DNA of 64,000 nt, from the NCBI GenBank assembly GCA_038087875.1, contig CM075998.1:4156001-4220000 (forward strand), in the 5' to 3' direction. Numbering within the stretch: position 1 is the first letter of the stretch; the number at the start of each line of letters is the position of its first letter. A program made the position numbers and the translations under genes. Below the pieces are notes generated by a model, which worked only from the letters and a program-made list of their open reading frames with translations, was not told the DNA's origin and ran no database searches. Positions 48,217-61,700 of this stretch are shown here, piece by piece. Origin of the DNA: Malacoraja senta. Taxonomy: Eukaryota.

Positions 48217-49837
48217 AGGCGACACAACCCTGGCTTGGGGTTTTAGCAGAGGGATATTTGATGTTTGAGCGCAGATAGACTATAAATACGGAGGTCGGAT
48301 CAAGTTGTCCTGGTGGCCTGCAGAGGAAAGAACCGAAGATAGAAGTAAAATGCCGGAGTAACTCAGCGGGACAGGCAGCGTCTCTGGATAGAAGGAATGG
48401 ATGACGTTTCAGGTCGAGACCCGTCTTCAGACTGCTGAACGAGGTTGAGTGAGACGTCATGGTTTTGTAAGCACTGTTTCCATCTGGGCAATTGGTTCGG
48501 CAATGGGTTTTAAGTCAAGGATGGGAGCCATGGATTTGGCCATCCCTAGGTTCAGGTGATGAAAATAGTAACTAGTGGGCCAGAAGTGATCATCGGGTTG
48601 AAAGAAATCAGAATGGAATTGTAAAGGTACATAGAGAAGTTGATCCATACTCTTGCTGGTGATGTGACATCGTTGGAACTCGTCCACTGGGACAGACTGA
48701 GACTTGACCTTTGCTAATGCGTAGCGGTGATGATGAGAGGGAATCAGTCAGAGAGGCGCTGGTTATGCACGAACCCCTCGGCCCGGCAGCAGCTGGGGCT
48801 GAAAGTAGAGAAGGTGGAAGGACAGGAGATGTCCAGGCAAAGCTGGAGGATGAAGGACAATGCATCATGATATTGACAACAGGATAACACTCGCCACCTG
48901 GGTGGAAGAGTGGGAGTCGGGTTGGAAAGATTCACAAAGGACTTCCACTGGCAGCCCAAGCTCAAACATTCCTATCCTATTACTTGCACTAGAAGGGGCC
49001 CATTACTAGATGGGATGTTTCCTCCGTTTATACAATTTCTGCACCTCAATGAATCATTGGTCCTCCATTGCCTGCACAGCATACCCTGTTGAGTGTGAGT
49101 TGCTACACTGACTATAACCTATGTACCAGGGCCTCCTCCCATATGAAGGTTTTGGTCTTGCACCCATGCAGGGCTCTATTGTCTTAAAAAGTCATCTACC
49201 TCTTCCTTTCATTATCCCCAATGAACCAGCCTCCTTCATAACCTGCTGGGGCAGAGAATTCCAGAGATTTTCGAAAAGAAATTCCTACGTGCCTCACTTT
49301 TAATTGACTGGCCCCAAGTCCTGTAATGATGTCCCATTATGTGTGACTCTTACGCCAGTTGAAACTTCCTGTTGCCCACCCTGTCATCCCCCATTATCAT
49401 CACACACGTTTCAGTACGATCAGCACAACTCCAAAGAATACAGGTGCAATCTCTTCAATCTCTCTTGATAGGTCCTTTCACACCAGTAATTACCCAAGTG
49501 AACCTCTTCTGAACCCTCTCCAACACCAGTATATATTTTCCTAACCCCATTCTCTTGCCTTCTCCCCATAACCTCTGACACCCGTACCAATCAAGAATCT
49601 GTCAACCTTGGCCTTAAAAATATCCTTAAAAAAGGAGAGCGCAAAGGTGAAGATGAGAACGGTGGGGGAGGAGGGGCTGGTACCCCTGGCTCAGATCTGC
49701 TCGAGTCGTCCCCCTTTAGTCCAACAGAACCACAGTCCACGGGCAGTGCAGGCCTACAACTTCACGTTTTCTCTCCGTAATATGATCGCGTGAAACACAC
49801 TAGCAGGGAGGTGCGATCAGCCTGAATCAGCCCTGCA

Positions 49838-50185
49838 TCTCCCAGTTGCCAAGCACTTTAACTCCCCCTCCCATTCCCACACTAACCTTTCTGTCCTCGG
49901 CCTCCTCCACTGTCAGAGTGAGGCCCAACGCAAATTGGAGGAACAGCACCTCATATTTCACTTGGGCAGCTTACACCCAGCGGTATGAATATTGATTTCT
50001 CTACCATCCCCTCAGCCAACAATGAACCATTCTACGTTTCTTTGACCAGCATCTGCTTTGATCTGTCCTTTTCACACCTTACCCCTCCATATCTTTAGTT
50101 TCCATCGACCCTGCCCCATTCCTTCTCGCCAAAGATGCTGCCTGTCCCGCTGAGTTACTCCAGCACTTTGTGTCTATCTTCGGAG
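49838..50185 (+). mobile_element. Penelope endonuclease C-terminus and 3' UTR fragment
   Basis: ...KLEEQHLIFHLGSLHP... followed by a pLTR end. Confidence 0.75.
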
Positions 50186-50342
50186 TTTCTAGACAGATAA
50201 CCTTTCTCAAGGCCTGAACAAGGTTGTCTTTTTTTTGGCTAGCTTTCTCCAAATGTTTGCTGGTCCACTTTTTAGACAGGGCAAAAAGAGCATGTCTCTA
50301 GTGGGAGCTGTCACAGCAGTGGCAGGGCGGCCAACTCCGCCA

Positions 50343-50356
50343 CCACTAGGTGGCAC
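50343..50356 (+). promoter_or_regulatory. Candidate CTCF site between R3HDM2 and STAC3
   Basis: CCACTAGGTGGCAC fits the CTCF core CCASYAGRKGGCR. Confidence 0.5.
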
Positions 50357-50504
50357 CACCTACACAGGTTTCTGGTGAACAAAACTCAGCCACAGTGCTG
50401 CCACCTACGTATTTAACACAATGAGTCAAAGTCCACATTTTGGGGGGAAAAAAGATGTGGACCTGAATTTTTTCAATATGCAGCTGGTCTTACAATGCGA
50501 AGGA

Positions 50505-50875
50505 ATCTTATAGAGGTGTATAAAGTCATGAGAGGAATAGATCGGGTAGATGCACAGAGTCTCTTGCCCAGAGTAGGGTAATCGAGGACCAGAGGGCGGG
50601 CATAGGTTCAAGGTGAAGGGGGAAAGATTTAATAGGAATCTGAGGGGTAACTTTTTCACACAGAGGGTGCTGGGTGTATGGAACAAGCTGCCAGAGGAGG
50701 TAGTTGAGGCTGGGACTATCCCAACGTTTAAGTATTAGACAGGTCTATGGATAGGACAGGTTTAGAGGGATATGGGCCAAATGTGGGCAGGTGGGACTTG
50801 TGTGGATGGGACATGTTGGCTTGTGAGGGCAAGTTGGGCTGAAGGGCCTGTTTCCACGCTGTATCACTCTATGAC
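50505..50875 (+). mobile_element. CR1 3' end
   Basis: LRGNFFTQRVLGVWNKLPEEVV motif. Confidence 0.85.
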
Positions 50876-51104
50876 AATAGAGTATCATTGAACTATTGAC
50901 ATAAAAACCTTTGCCAGGTGAGTCATTGGTAGTTTTGAGTGGACGAGGAACATGGAAGGAAGGCAGCGAGAGGGGAGAGGGGAGAGGGGAGAGGGATATC
51001 AGGGGCAACGTTTTCACTCAGAGGGTCGTCCGCATCTTGAACGAGCTGCCAGAAGAAGCGATAAAAGCAGATGCAATTATGGCTTTTAAAAGACATTTGT
51101 GCAT

Positions 51105-51409
51105 CACGGTGGCGCAGCGGTAGAGTTGCTGCCTCACAGCGCCAGAGACCCGGGTTCCATCCTAACTATGGGCGCTGTCTGCACGGAGTCTGTACATTCT
51201 CCCCGTGGCATGCGTGGGTTTTCTCCAGGTGCTCCAGTTCCCCCCCATACTCTAAAGGCGTACATGTTTGTAGGTTAATTGGCTTGGTAAAATTGTAAAT
51301 TGTCCCAAGTGTGTAAGAGAGTGCTGGTGTACGGGGATCGCTGGTCGACGCGGACCCGGGTCTCTGGCACTGTAAGGCAGCAACTCTACCACTGCGCCAC
51401 CGTGCCGCC
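51105..51409 (+). mobile_element. HE1-type V-SINE ending in an inverted copy of a SINE head
   Basis: 51105-51154 is reverse-complementary to 51355-51404. Confidence 0.8.
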
Positions 51410-52110
51410 TAGTGGGCATCAGATACAATCACAACCCATCTGCAGAGATGTGGGTTAATTGAGCACAGGAATTGATTTGTAAAAGGCAAATGCTGTTTAA
51501 GGGAGTGCAGATGATTAAGGCAGTACTCCATCAGATTTCTAAATGGCACATATTAATGTTCATAAAATAGTTGATCAGATGCATTTTGTAAATGTCAATG
51601 TGGCAGCAGAGAGAACAAAATGGTTAGAGGCCAGGAGGCACTTCATTAAATAGTGCTTAATGAATGTTCATCTAATAATCAAAGTAAACAGTGATGGGCT
51701 CCAGTGCAGAGTGTTGGGACGATGACCTTCCCCGGTGTATATAAAGACCTGGAGTTAGGAGCATGTTGACCTTTGCAGATCACCACATCAGGGCTGACTT
51801 ATTAACTGCAACACAGATGTTCTTTGGACCATCGGGTGCATGCCAGCTCGCACAGGAGCAATGCCACCTGTCCCGTTGCCCCCTCTCCCCATACCCCTGC
51901 AACTTACTTTCACGTACAACCACCTTTTCACTCTCGATTAGTGCAGGTGTGAAGGATTATGGGGAGAAGGCAGGAGAATGTGGTTGAGAGGGAAAGATTG
52001 AATGGCAGAGCAGACTCGATGGGCCGAACGCCTTAATTCTGCTCGTACATCTTTATGGTCTTAATGATCTTATGGTCATTATGGTCTAGCGGGATTACAG
52101 TTGCCATCTC

Positions 52111-52573
52111 CAATAGACAATAGGTGCAGGAGTAGGCCATTCGGCCCTTCAAGCCAGCACTGCCATTCAATGTGATCATGGCTGATCATCCCCAATCAGT
52201 ACCCCGTTCCTGCCTTCTCCCCATATCCCCTGACTCCACTATCTTTAAGAGCCCTATCTAGCTCTCTCTTGAAAGCATCCAAAGAACCTGCCTCCACCGC
52301 CCTCTGAGGCAGAGAATTCCGCACACCCACCACTCTCTGTGAGAAAAAGTGTTTCCTCGTCTCCATTCTAAATGGCTTACTCCTTATTCTTAAACTGTGG
52401 CCCCTGGTTCTGGACTCCCCCAACATCGGGAACATGTTTCCTGCCTCTAGCGTGTCCAAACCCTTAACAATCTTGTATGTTTCGATGAGATCACCTCTCA
52501 TCCTTCTAAACTCCAGAGTGTACAAGCCCAGCCGCTCCATTCTCTCAGCATATGACAGTCCCGCCATCCCGGG
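52111..52573 (-). mobile_element. CR1 3' end
   Basis: ORF 52196-52585 with LSYAERMERLGLYTLEFRRMRGDLIETYKI. Confidence 0.9.
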
Positions 52574-52863
52574 AAATCTCGCCAATCTGAGAACTATCTG
52601 AGAAATAGGGGAACAAGGCAGGTTGAGTTGGAGTTGAGTTTATTGTCACGTATACCGAGGTACAGTGAAAAGCATTTGTTGCGTGCGAACCAGCCTGCGG
52701 ATAGACCTGATTACAATTGAGCCATCGACAGTGTACAGATAAAAGAGTAGAGCGATTGTAATGGGTGATTGCAGCTCTATTTCTGTGACGAGCATGCAAA
52801 GAGTCGCCTAGCTTGGGAACCAACGGATCAGTGGTGAGGGGCGGCTGGAGGGACAGTGAGGGT

Positions 52864-53244
52864 CAGTGCCGGATTTAGATGAAGAGAGGCCCTAGGCTAT
52901 TCCACTTGTGAGGCCCCTCCCAATCCCCCACCCCCACGACTAGAGGAAGATGGAAGAGTCCACCAGATTGACACCGATTTGCAGCCGAGCGTGGCCAATG
53001 AGATAAGGGGCTGGAAAGCTGGGCTTTTATTTATTTATTGCCAGTGCTAGTGTCGAGTTATCGGCTTAAAACACTATTATTCTGAAAGGGAGGGCAAGGA
53101 AAATTACTGAAGGTTGTTTAGAGACTACGGTGTGTTGTGACAGCATATGTAAGAAAGGCCTATGATAGTGTCAAAAATATTATACACTTGGCCGGAGGCC
53201 CCCTAGATTTCAGCCTACGAAGCCTAATGGTAAATCCGGCTCTG
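52864..53244. mobile_element. hAT-like MITE
   Basis: TIRs CAG(T/A)GCCGGATTTA. 8-bp TSD gtgaggg(t/a) 52856-52863 / 53245-53252. Confidence 0.8.
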
Positions 53245-53606
53245 GTGAGGGAGCTTTGGGAGAGTTTGTGGAGCGGGTGTGACCTGTACACGTTGGTCGG
53301 GCAAGAGCAGCACCGATCTCCCCACGGGGTGGGCATCTTCATGCTCGGCAGAGGGGCGGCAACGAACCTGAGAGGAGAGACCACCAGGAGAGAAATAGAG
53401 CCAAAGTGGAAGTGAGAAATGAGCAAAGTTAACAGGCAGCAAAAGCAGGGAGCAACGGGGGGCGGAGGATGGAAAAAAGTTAAAAGTTACATTTAAAAGT
53501 TATGTCTCCAAATGCAGTCTGCATCCAAGAGTTGTCAAGAGTGTATAATCATCATATACAGTAGAAACAGAACCATGAAATGTAATACAATATAGTATCA
53601 GTAACT

Positions 53607-53909
53607 GGGCAGCACAGTAGCGCAGCGGTAGAGTTGCTGCCTCACACGCCAGAGACCCGGATTCCATCCTGACCACGGGTGCTGTCTGTACAGAGTTTGT
53701 TCGTTCTCCCCGTGACCTGTGTGGGTTTTCTCCGGGTGCTCCGGTTTCCCCCCACACTCCAAAGACGTACTAGGTTTGTAGGTTAATTGGCTTGGTAAAA
53801 TTGTAAATTGTCCCCAGTGTGTTTAGGATAGTGTTAGTGTGCGGGGATTGGTAGTCGGCACAGACTCGGCGGGCCGAAGGGCCTGTTTCCACACTGTAGC
53901 TCTAAACTA
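53607..53909 (+). mobile_element. HE1-type V-SINE, full length
   Basis: tRNA head, V-domain and CR1-like tail. Confidence 0.9.
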
Positions 53910-54404
53910 GACCACAATAGTGAAATCCAATGTACGCAGTGCTACCTTGTACCAAGTCAATGGTGGTTTGTTGCTAGGGTCGTGCAGAGTGGTTCAGCAG
54001 CCTGAAGGTTGCTGTGAAGAAGCCGTGCTTGAACCTGGAGGTCATGGTTCTCAGGCTCCGGTACCATCTTCCCGATGGTAGCAGCGAGATGGGACCAGGG
54101 TGGTGTGGGTCTTTGATGATATTAGCTGCCTTGTTGAGGCTGTGCAAGGCAGGACTTTGGAGGTGTCGAACCAGGCTGCGATACAACTGGTCACTCTACA
54201 GCTTATTGCTTTTTCTGGCGATTTTATGAACCACTTCCTCGGATTTAATATCATTTTTTAAACTCTCCTGTTGACCCAGTTTTGTTGTTGTAGTTTTGTG
54301 CCTAAAAAGAATATAAACAGGCGTTGCTTTTCCACTCCCTACTGTCTCAACCTTGAATGTATTTTCCCACTATACCCTGGCCAATCTGCCTGCCTACCTT
54401 CATA

Positions 54405-55110
54405 GCTTAGAGGCATACAGCACCGTAACAGGCCTTTTGGCCCAACTTGCCCATGCCGTCCAACATGCCCCCATCTACACTGGGCCCATTTGCCCGCCTT
54501 TGGCTCATATCCCTTAAAACCTTTCCTACCCATACACCTGTCCAAATGTCTTTTAAATATTGTTCTAGTACCTGCTTCAACCAGCTCCTCTGGCAGCTCG
54601 TTCCATATACCATAAAAGTCGCCCCTCGGATTCCTATTTAATCTCTCCCCTCTCACTTTAAACCTACTGTTTTTTGGTTCCCTAAACTGGGTAAAAGTCT
54701 CACCCAGATGGTGCATTCACCCAATCTATTCCCCTCATGATTAATACACCTTGAGAAGATCCCCTTCATCCTCCTGCTGCACTCCATGGAATAGAGTCCA
54801 ACCTCTCCCGATGGTTCAGCCCCTCGAGTCCTGGCAAAATTCTCGTAAATCTTCTCTGCACTCTTTCCAGCTTAACAACATCCCCCCCCCCCCCCTGTAG
54901 CAGGGTGACCAAAAGTAAACACAATACTCCACAATGCAGCCTGACCAACGCCTTGTACATCTGTAACACAACATTCCCAACTTCTATACTCAGTATCCTG
55001 ACTGATGAGGGCCAATGTGCCGAAAGCCTTCTTCACCTCCCTATCTACCTGTGACGCCACTTTCAAGGAACTATCGACCTGTACTCCAAAATCCCTCTGC
55101 TCTCCAATAT
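54405..55110 (-). mobile_element. CR1 3' fragment
   Basis: LQMYKALVRLH..KLERVQRRFTRILPGL motif. Confidence 0.85.
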
Positions 55111-55289
55111 TGCTGGAGATTATTTTGCTCCCAGTTTCGCCGTTCTGCATCCATTGTCCATTTGATTTTGTCCAGTCAGTTCTTTTTTGTGCCATTACAT
55201 TGTGGACATCTACAGGTTCATAAGTTCAAGGAGCAGAATTAGGCCATTTGGCTCATCAACTGTACTCCACCATACACTGTCCATATATA

Positions 55290-55658
55290 TCTGTGTGTCT
55301 GTGTCTTCCTGTGTATGCGTGTTTAGTGTGTGTTTTGTATGTGTTTTTGTGTGTGTGTTATGTGTATGCGTGTGTGTATGTGTTTTTTTATGTGTGTTCA
55401 GTGTGTACTGTATGTTTGTCTGCGTGCGTGTGTCTATACGTTCTGTGTGTGTATGTGCCCTGTGTGTGTGTGTGTGTTGTGTGTCTGTGGTATGTGTGTG
55501 CGCGGTGTGTACGTGTGCGGTGTGTGTTTGTGTGTGCGGTGTGATGTGTGTGTGTTGTGTGTCTGTGGCATGTGCTGTGTGTGTGTGTTGTGTGTCTGTG
55601 GCATGTGCTGTGTGTGTGTGTGTTGTGTGTCTGTGGTATGTGTGTGTGTGTGTGTGTG
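55290..55658. repeat. Imperfect (TG)n microsatellite with higher-order units
   Basis: Direct reading. Confidence 0.95.
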
Positions 55659-56494
55659 AGCTACCGTGCAGTGGGTGGGGTGAGGGACTGTGATCTCGGT
55701 GGGGAGCGGGTAACTGTTGGCAACTTGTCCCTGCACCAGACCCTTCCCACGGGTTTCCGAGGCAGACCGCGACCCCGGCGGGTTACGCAAGGACGATTCT
55801 TTAGGGAAGGGCCCATTCATTCATGCTTGGCTCCGGGTGGAGAGCGGCTCCAATTACCCGCAGTCAGCCTGGGGTGAGCTTGTGGTCTCGGTGCGAGTCC
55901 CTGCGGCTCCCAGTGTAAGCTGCAAGCGTGGTGAGTGAGGCACATCGGCCCGCTGGGCGGCCACGAACAGGCGACTCTAATACCCGGGACATCCAACAAA
56001 CCGCAGCAAGGTGGGTTCGCAACTCTCTCTCTCTCTCTCACTCGGGGGGCCACGTTAAAGCGCCCGCGGAAACTTGTAGATCGACACCAAATGCTGGAGT
56101 AACTCAGCGGGACAGGCAGCATCTCTGGAGAGAAGGAATGGGTGACGACTCGGGTCGAGACCCTTCTTCATACTGAGTCAGGGGAGAGGGAAACTAGAGG
56201 TATAGACGGTGATATAGAGCAGAGGAACGAAAGATATGAACGTTGCGCTGAGTTTAAAACTTTGTTCGGGAAATAGTTGTGATGTGGGTTTGGTAAACTC
56301 TGGGACTTGCAAGTTGAGTTAGAGCTGATGTCCTATTTAAGGCTTTGAGAAGTCCGCAAGTTCTCCTCGTCTCCGGGCTGGGAATAGCCCAGGGACAGAG
56401 CCCATGCTGGCTGCCCCGGGCCCGGCTATCGGCGCCCAGCCCTTATGGGGAAATTCAATCGCTTGCCTTTAGTAACTGCCAAGTTGTTTCATGG

Positions 56495-56734
56495 TACACA
56501 AAAATGCTGGAGAAACTCAGCGGGTGCAGCAGCATCTATGGAGCGAAGGAAATAGACAACGTTTCGGGACGAAACCCTTCCGGGTTTCGTCCCGAAACGT
56601 TGCCTATTTCCTTCTGGGTTTCGTCCCGAAACGTTGCCTATTTCCTTCGCTCCATAGATGCTGCTGCACCCGCTGAGTTTCTCCAGCACTTTTGTCTACC
56701 TTCGATTTCCCAGCATCTGCAGTTCCTTCTTAAA
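56495..56734. mobile_element. Palindromic Penelope pLTR derivative
   Basis: 15-bp TSD caagttgtttcatgg 56480-56494 / 56735-56749. Junction region is duplicated. Confidence 0.85.
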
Positions 56735-58009
56735 CAAGTTGTTTCATGGAACAGAAGACGCTAGCTGCGAACGGGCGATGATTTGAAACTGGGGTGGGGT
56801 CCCGGAGATTTATGGTCGGCCACGGAAGGTTTGGATGTGACTCCATCTACCCTCCCCACTCACTCTTTCCCCACACTCACCTTGCCCTCCTCACACCACC
56901 CCCTCCCCTCCTCTCCCCATCAACCCCAGCCCTGCATTAAGCCAGCAACAGTGTGTGGACAATTGCCCAAGTCTGCCCCATTCACGAGGAGGACAAAACC
57001 AACCCAATCCACCTAATTGTCGCCCAGTCTGCTCTCAATTACTGGCAACGTCTAGGAAGTTGTCCTTTGCTCCCAAGTGGCACGTCTGAGCAATTACCTG
57101 CTCATCGATGCCTGGTTTCGGTCGAACCATGACCGTTGGGCTGCCGCTTGGAGCAGACTTGGACCAAAGCGTTGGACCACAGAAATGAGAGCAACTGGCC
57201 CTGACATTGGGGCAGCATTTGGCAGAGCGTAGGATCAAGGGGCCCTGGTAAACGTGAAGTCAGTGGGCATCAACGGGGCGACACCCCCAATAGATGGAGT
57301 CATTATTTACACACAGGAATATGTTTGTGGTTGTTGGAGGTCCATCACACCAGACCCAGGACATCACTGCAGGAGTTCTTCAGCGATGTATCCCACACCC
57401 AGCCATCATCAGCCGTTCCATCAGTAACTTTCGTTCCATCATCAGATCAGGAGTGGAGGTTCACAACTCCTGGATCGATCCAGGTGGCATTTGAACTCGG
57501 CTCTCTGAATCGCCCCAATTTCTTTGGTCGAGTGTACACAAAAATGCTGGAGAAACTCAGTGGGTGCAGCAGCATCTATGGAGCGAAGGAAATAGGCAAC
57601 GTTTCAGGCCCGAAACCCTTCTTCAGACGAGTGGATCAGTTGTTTCCACACTGTACTCATGGGGAGCAAAATACTCTACAGAATATGACGCCAATTTACT
57701 CAGTAAACAGTCGATTGAAAGGGCAAGCGACTGTTCACCAAGCTCAAATGTATGGAACTACCTGCCGTTTTATGACTTTGAGTTTGATTTATAGCGAAGC
57801 CCATGTGAAGAATTGAGGCCTGTTGTCTGACATATCTGGTGAATCTACGGAATTCATTGCCACAGGCGGCTGTGGAGATCAAGATTGATCGTTTCTAAGG
57901 GCGTCAAAGGTTGCGGGGGGAAGGCGGGAGAATGGGACTGAGAGAGGGAAAAATAGATCAGTCATGATTGAATGGTAGAGTAGACACGATGGGCCGAATG
58001 GCCTAATTC

Positions 58010-58290
58010 TGTTTAGTTTAAATATACAGCGCGGAAACAGGCCCTTCGGCCCACCGAGTCCACGCCGACCAGCGATTCCCGCACACCAATAACGTTATCC
58101 TTCACACACTAGGGTGTGTACAACAAAGCCAATTAATCTACAAACCCGCACGTCTTTGGAGTGTGGGAGGAAACCGGAGCACCCGGGGAAAACCCACGCA
58201 GGTCACGGGGAGAACGTACAAACTCCGTACAGACAGCACCCATGGTCAGGATCGAACCCGGGTCTCTGGCGCTGTAAGTCTACCGCTGGG
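58010..58290 (-). mobile_element. HE1-type V-SINE
   Basis: Same consensus. Confidence 0.85.
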
Positions 58291-59620
58291 CATTGCGTCT
58301 GCTTCTATGTCTTATGGTATGATGGTCTTAGGGACATTAACAAGGTTGAAACTGGCAGGTGGGCCTCGTAGGGTTGGAGGAAGCAAGAAGACTAAGGGAG
58401 GCGGGAAGCTGGATAGATTTGAGGTCCTGTCACCCACTGTAGCCCAGTCCAGTGAGGAGATGAGACGAGGCAGAAGCAGCAAGGTGCCATGTTTGAGAAC
58501 GGCGTTGGATTCCAATGCAGTTTCTTTTCTATTTATAGCTCACGCGTCTCTTTCTGGGCCCAGATAGTTCTGGATTGAAACAGTTGCTGGAACTCCCCTC
58601 CCCCACCACCAGCTACCATCCCACCGCAGAACCTCATACACAGGCAGTCCAATGTCCAATTGAGGGAAGTAGACGGAGAGAGACGTGGCAGGGGTGGTTG
58701 TGGTCAGACCTCTGAGAAAGGGGTTCTTGTGAGACGGGCCCTCTGAGTTTCAGTTGAGTTTATTGTCACATTTACCGAGGTACAGTGAAAAGCTTTTGTT
58801 GCGTGCTAGTTGTGCTTTATGCTGGGCACAGGCAGTCTGAAGAGTGTGGTGGGCCTTTGGTTTAAAATAGGAGAGCAACGTGTGATGATACAAGGTGCAC
58901 AATAATGCTCTGAAAATCAATTTGCATTAAATTCTGGGACTTGTAAACTGTCCAAAACACAAGTGCTGGAGGAATTCAGTAGGTCAGGCAGCATCTGTGG
59001 TGGGAAATTGACCAGTGACGTTTCGGGTCGGGTCCCTTCTTCAGACCTGATCCTTCTCTTGGGTCCTGACTCGAAACGTCGTAGGTCCTTTCCCCTCCCC
59101 AGTTGCTGCCTGGCCCGTTGAGTTGCGTTTGCACTTTGCTCAAAATTCCAGCATCCGCAGGTTCTTTTGTCTCAGCTTATGCCGGAACCATGTAGAGCGG
59201 TACATTGCTGCGGCCTCACGGCATCAGTGGCCAGGGTTCGATCCTGACCTCGGGTGCTGGCTGTGTGTGCAAGTTCTTCCTGTGATCGCGTGGGTTTCCT
59301 CCGGGTGCTCCGGTTTCCACCTGCATCCCAAGGACGTGAAGATTGGTGCATTAACTGGTCGCTATGGATTGCCCTCGAATGTGTGGGTGAAGGGTAGAAT
59401 CTGGGGCGAGTAGAAGGGAATGTGGGGAGAAGAAAATGGGATCAGTGTAAATGGGTGGTTGATGGTCAGCACGGACTCGGTGGGCCGAAAGGCCTGTTTC
59501 GGTGCTGTTTGAGCCCATGGCCCGATCGATAGATGAAAGGGCAGAGAGATGTACAGCCAGGTTTAAAGGGCGACTGACTGTCAGTGGAGAGCAGGGAGCT
59601 GAAGGACAATGAGGAATTGA

Positions 59621-59755
59621 CCAGTCTGAAGAAGGGTCTCGAACCGAAACGTCACCCATTCCTTCTCTCCAGAGATGCTGCCTGTCCCGCTGAGTTACTC
59701 CAGCACTTTGTGTCTACCTTCAATTTAAACCAGCATCTGCAGTTCTTTCCTGCAC
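59621..59755 (+). mobile_element. Solo Penelope pLTR end with hammerhead motif
   Basis: TSD atgaggaattga 59609-59620 / 59756-59767. Confidence 0.85.
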
Positions 59756-59819
59756 ATGAGGAATTGAATGTCGGCGCATATCAGTGTGTGGGTGCTCCAC
59801 TCGAGCCAGCCCTTGGCCG

Positions 59820-60240
59820 GAGAGCAGCTGGGGCAAAGCCCCAGACAGATGTTTACAAAGCTTTAAAGCTTCAGATTTGGGTTTGCTGTACAAAAGTATC
59901 GTTAGATTCAGAGGTGGACAGCTGCGTGGTGTGGAGTTGGTGATCAGCCCTGAATTCACTGAATGGCTGATCAGATGAAATAGGGCTGAATATCCTCCTG
60001 CTGCTGTTAATGCTCCAGTCCTTCCCCTCCTCTCCCCCTCCCCTGCCTCAAACCATCTCTCCCTCCATCCCCCCCTCCCTCTCTCCCTCCCAGGACTCAC
60101 GCCCTGGAGCCAAGATGACGGGACCTCCTTTGCTTGAGCTCAACCTTGGGCCAGGGCGACGGCAAAGAAAGTCAGAACCCGCCTTCATCAGAGGTTCAAC
60201 TCTCTGAAACCGTTAACTCCAGGACACATCGTCAGGTTAA
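59820..60240 (+). promoter_or_regulatory. Candidate STAC3 upstream regulatory region or 5' UTR exon
   Basis: Non-repeat island 1.6-2 kb upstream of the STAC3 ATG exon. CAGCTG E-boxes at 59825 and 59919, a C/T tract ending in cccAG 60092-60093, and a possible donor cag|GTtaac near 60236. Confidence 0.25.
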
Positions 60241-60948
60241 CACTTCTTGCTGCAAAGTGCACCAGGACTACATTGTAAAAATCTAATTTGATGTGAGATT
60301 GCCACAGAACACTTTCTGGAGATCCCGATGGGCTCCACCTAACCGATGGCCCCAATTTGTTCTCTTCTAGAGCAAAACACAAATTGCTGGAGGAACTCAG
60401 TGGGGCAGGCAGCATCTGTGGAAAGAATAGAGGCGTTTCGGGTCGAGAACCTTCCTTAGACTGATTCTGATTATCTGAAACGTCGCCCCCACAGATGCTG
60501 CCTGACACACCGAGTTCCTCCAGCACTTTGCACTTTTCTCAAGATTCCGGCATCTGCATTTTCTTGTGTTATCTTCCATATCTTTCTTGCCTGCTCATGT
60601 TTAGTGAATGTGCGGCTCACCTTATAACTTGATACTTGCTAAATCACCCGAGCCAGGCCCCTTGCCAATAACAACAGATGATTTTGCTGCAGGCCATTGG
60701 CTTGTGTCCCACAGATGTTATCATCCTTGCATGCTCACCTTCCCAGCTGTAATCAACTTGCTCTGGAGCCAATTTTACCAACAATGGACAAGACCTTGCG
60801 CATGTTAGATCTTTTAATGATATTAGGTTTGTCCAGCACTCCTCGTATTTTATTTCCTTATACTGTATCCATCATGTTTATGTATATCCCATTCTCCCAC
60901 ATTTCCCAATAACGAATGCTCTCCCAACATTCCCATCAACTTATCCCA

Positions 60949-61238
60949 GGGCGGCACAGTGGCGCGGCGGAAGAGTTGCTGCCTCACAGCGCCAGAGTCC
61001 CGGATTCGATCCTAACTATGGGTGCTGTCTGTACGGAGTTTGTACGTTCTCCCTGTGACTGCATGGGGTTTTTTCCGAGATCTTCGGTTTCCTCTCACAC
61101 TCCAAAGACTTACAGGTTTGTAGGTTAATTGGCTTCAGTTGTACCTAGTGTGTAGGATAGTGCTAGTGTACGGGGATTGCTGGTCAGCGCAGACTCAGTG
61201 GGCCAAAGGGCCTGTGTCTCAAAACTGAACGAAACAAA
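60949..61238 (+). mobile_element. HE1-type V-SINE
   Basis: Same consensus. Confidence 0.85.
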
Positions 61239-61700
61239 ACCATCAATTCAATACATCCTCTTACAACAGGTCAACACCACCCATGGTTCCCCCTCAAACA
61301 ATGCACCTATGAAGTGTTGGCGAGGCTGTTACACTGGGCCCAGTCCTACAGTGACCAGAGGTGACTGTGGTCCTCCCCCACAGAGCCTTGGCATTGGCTG
61401 CACCGAGCTTCAGTGTGTCCCTCAGCACGTACTCTTGCAGTCTGCAGCGGGCCAGTTGGCAACATTCCCCCACGGACATCTCGCTCTGCTGGGAGGCCAA
61501 CAAGCTTCATGAAGACAAAACTGGGTCTTTCACCAGTCGATGATATTCCAGAATCTGTCCCATGTTCATACAATACAAAACCTAATTCCAGTTGGCGTAG
61601 AGCCCTGTTGTAGATCACCAAACATCTCCATTCTGGGATGCATGTTCCTGGGAAACTCGAGTGGTTCTGAAACGTTGTCCCATTGATCATTTCTATGGCT
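61235..61700 (-). mobile_element. L1/Tx1-like LINE 3' fragment
   Basis: ECCQLARCRLQEYVLRDTLKLGAANAKALWGRTTV resembles Tx1-type ORF2 C-termini. Confidence 0.6.

Noticed and set aside
53607..53690. tRNA genes at the A/B-box heads
   Set aside because: Each head runs into a V-domain and LINE-like tail, so these are SINE heads.
56333..56450. CArG boxes as a STAC3 muscle promoter
   Set aside because: CCTATTTAAGG and CCTTATGG do not fit CC(A/T)6GG. The GC-rich patch could still be regulatory but is unsupported.
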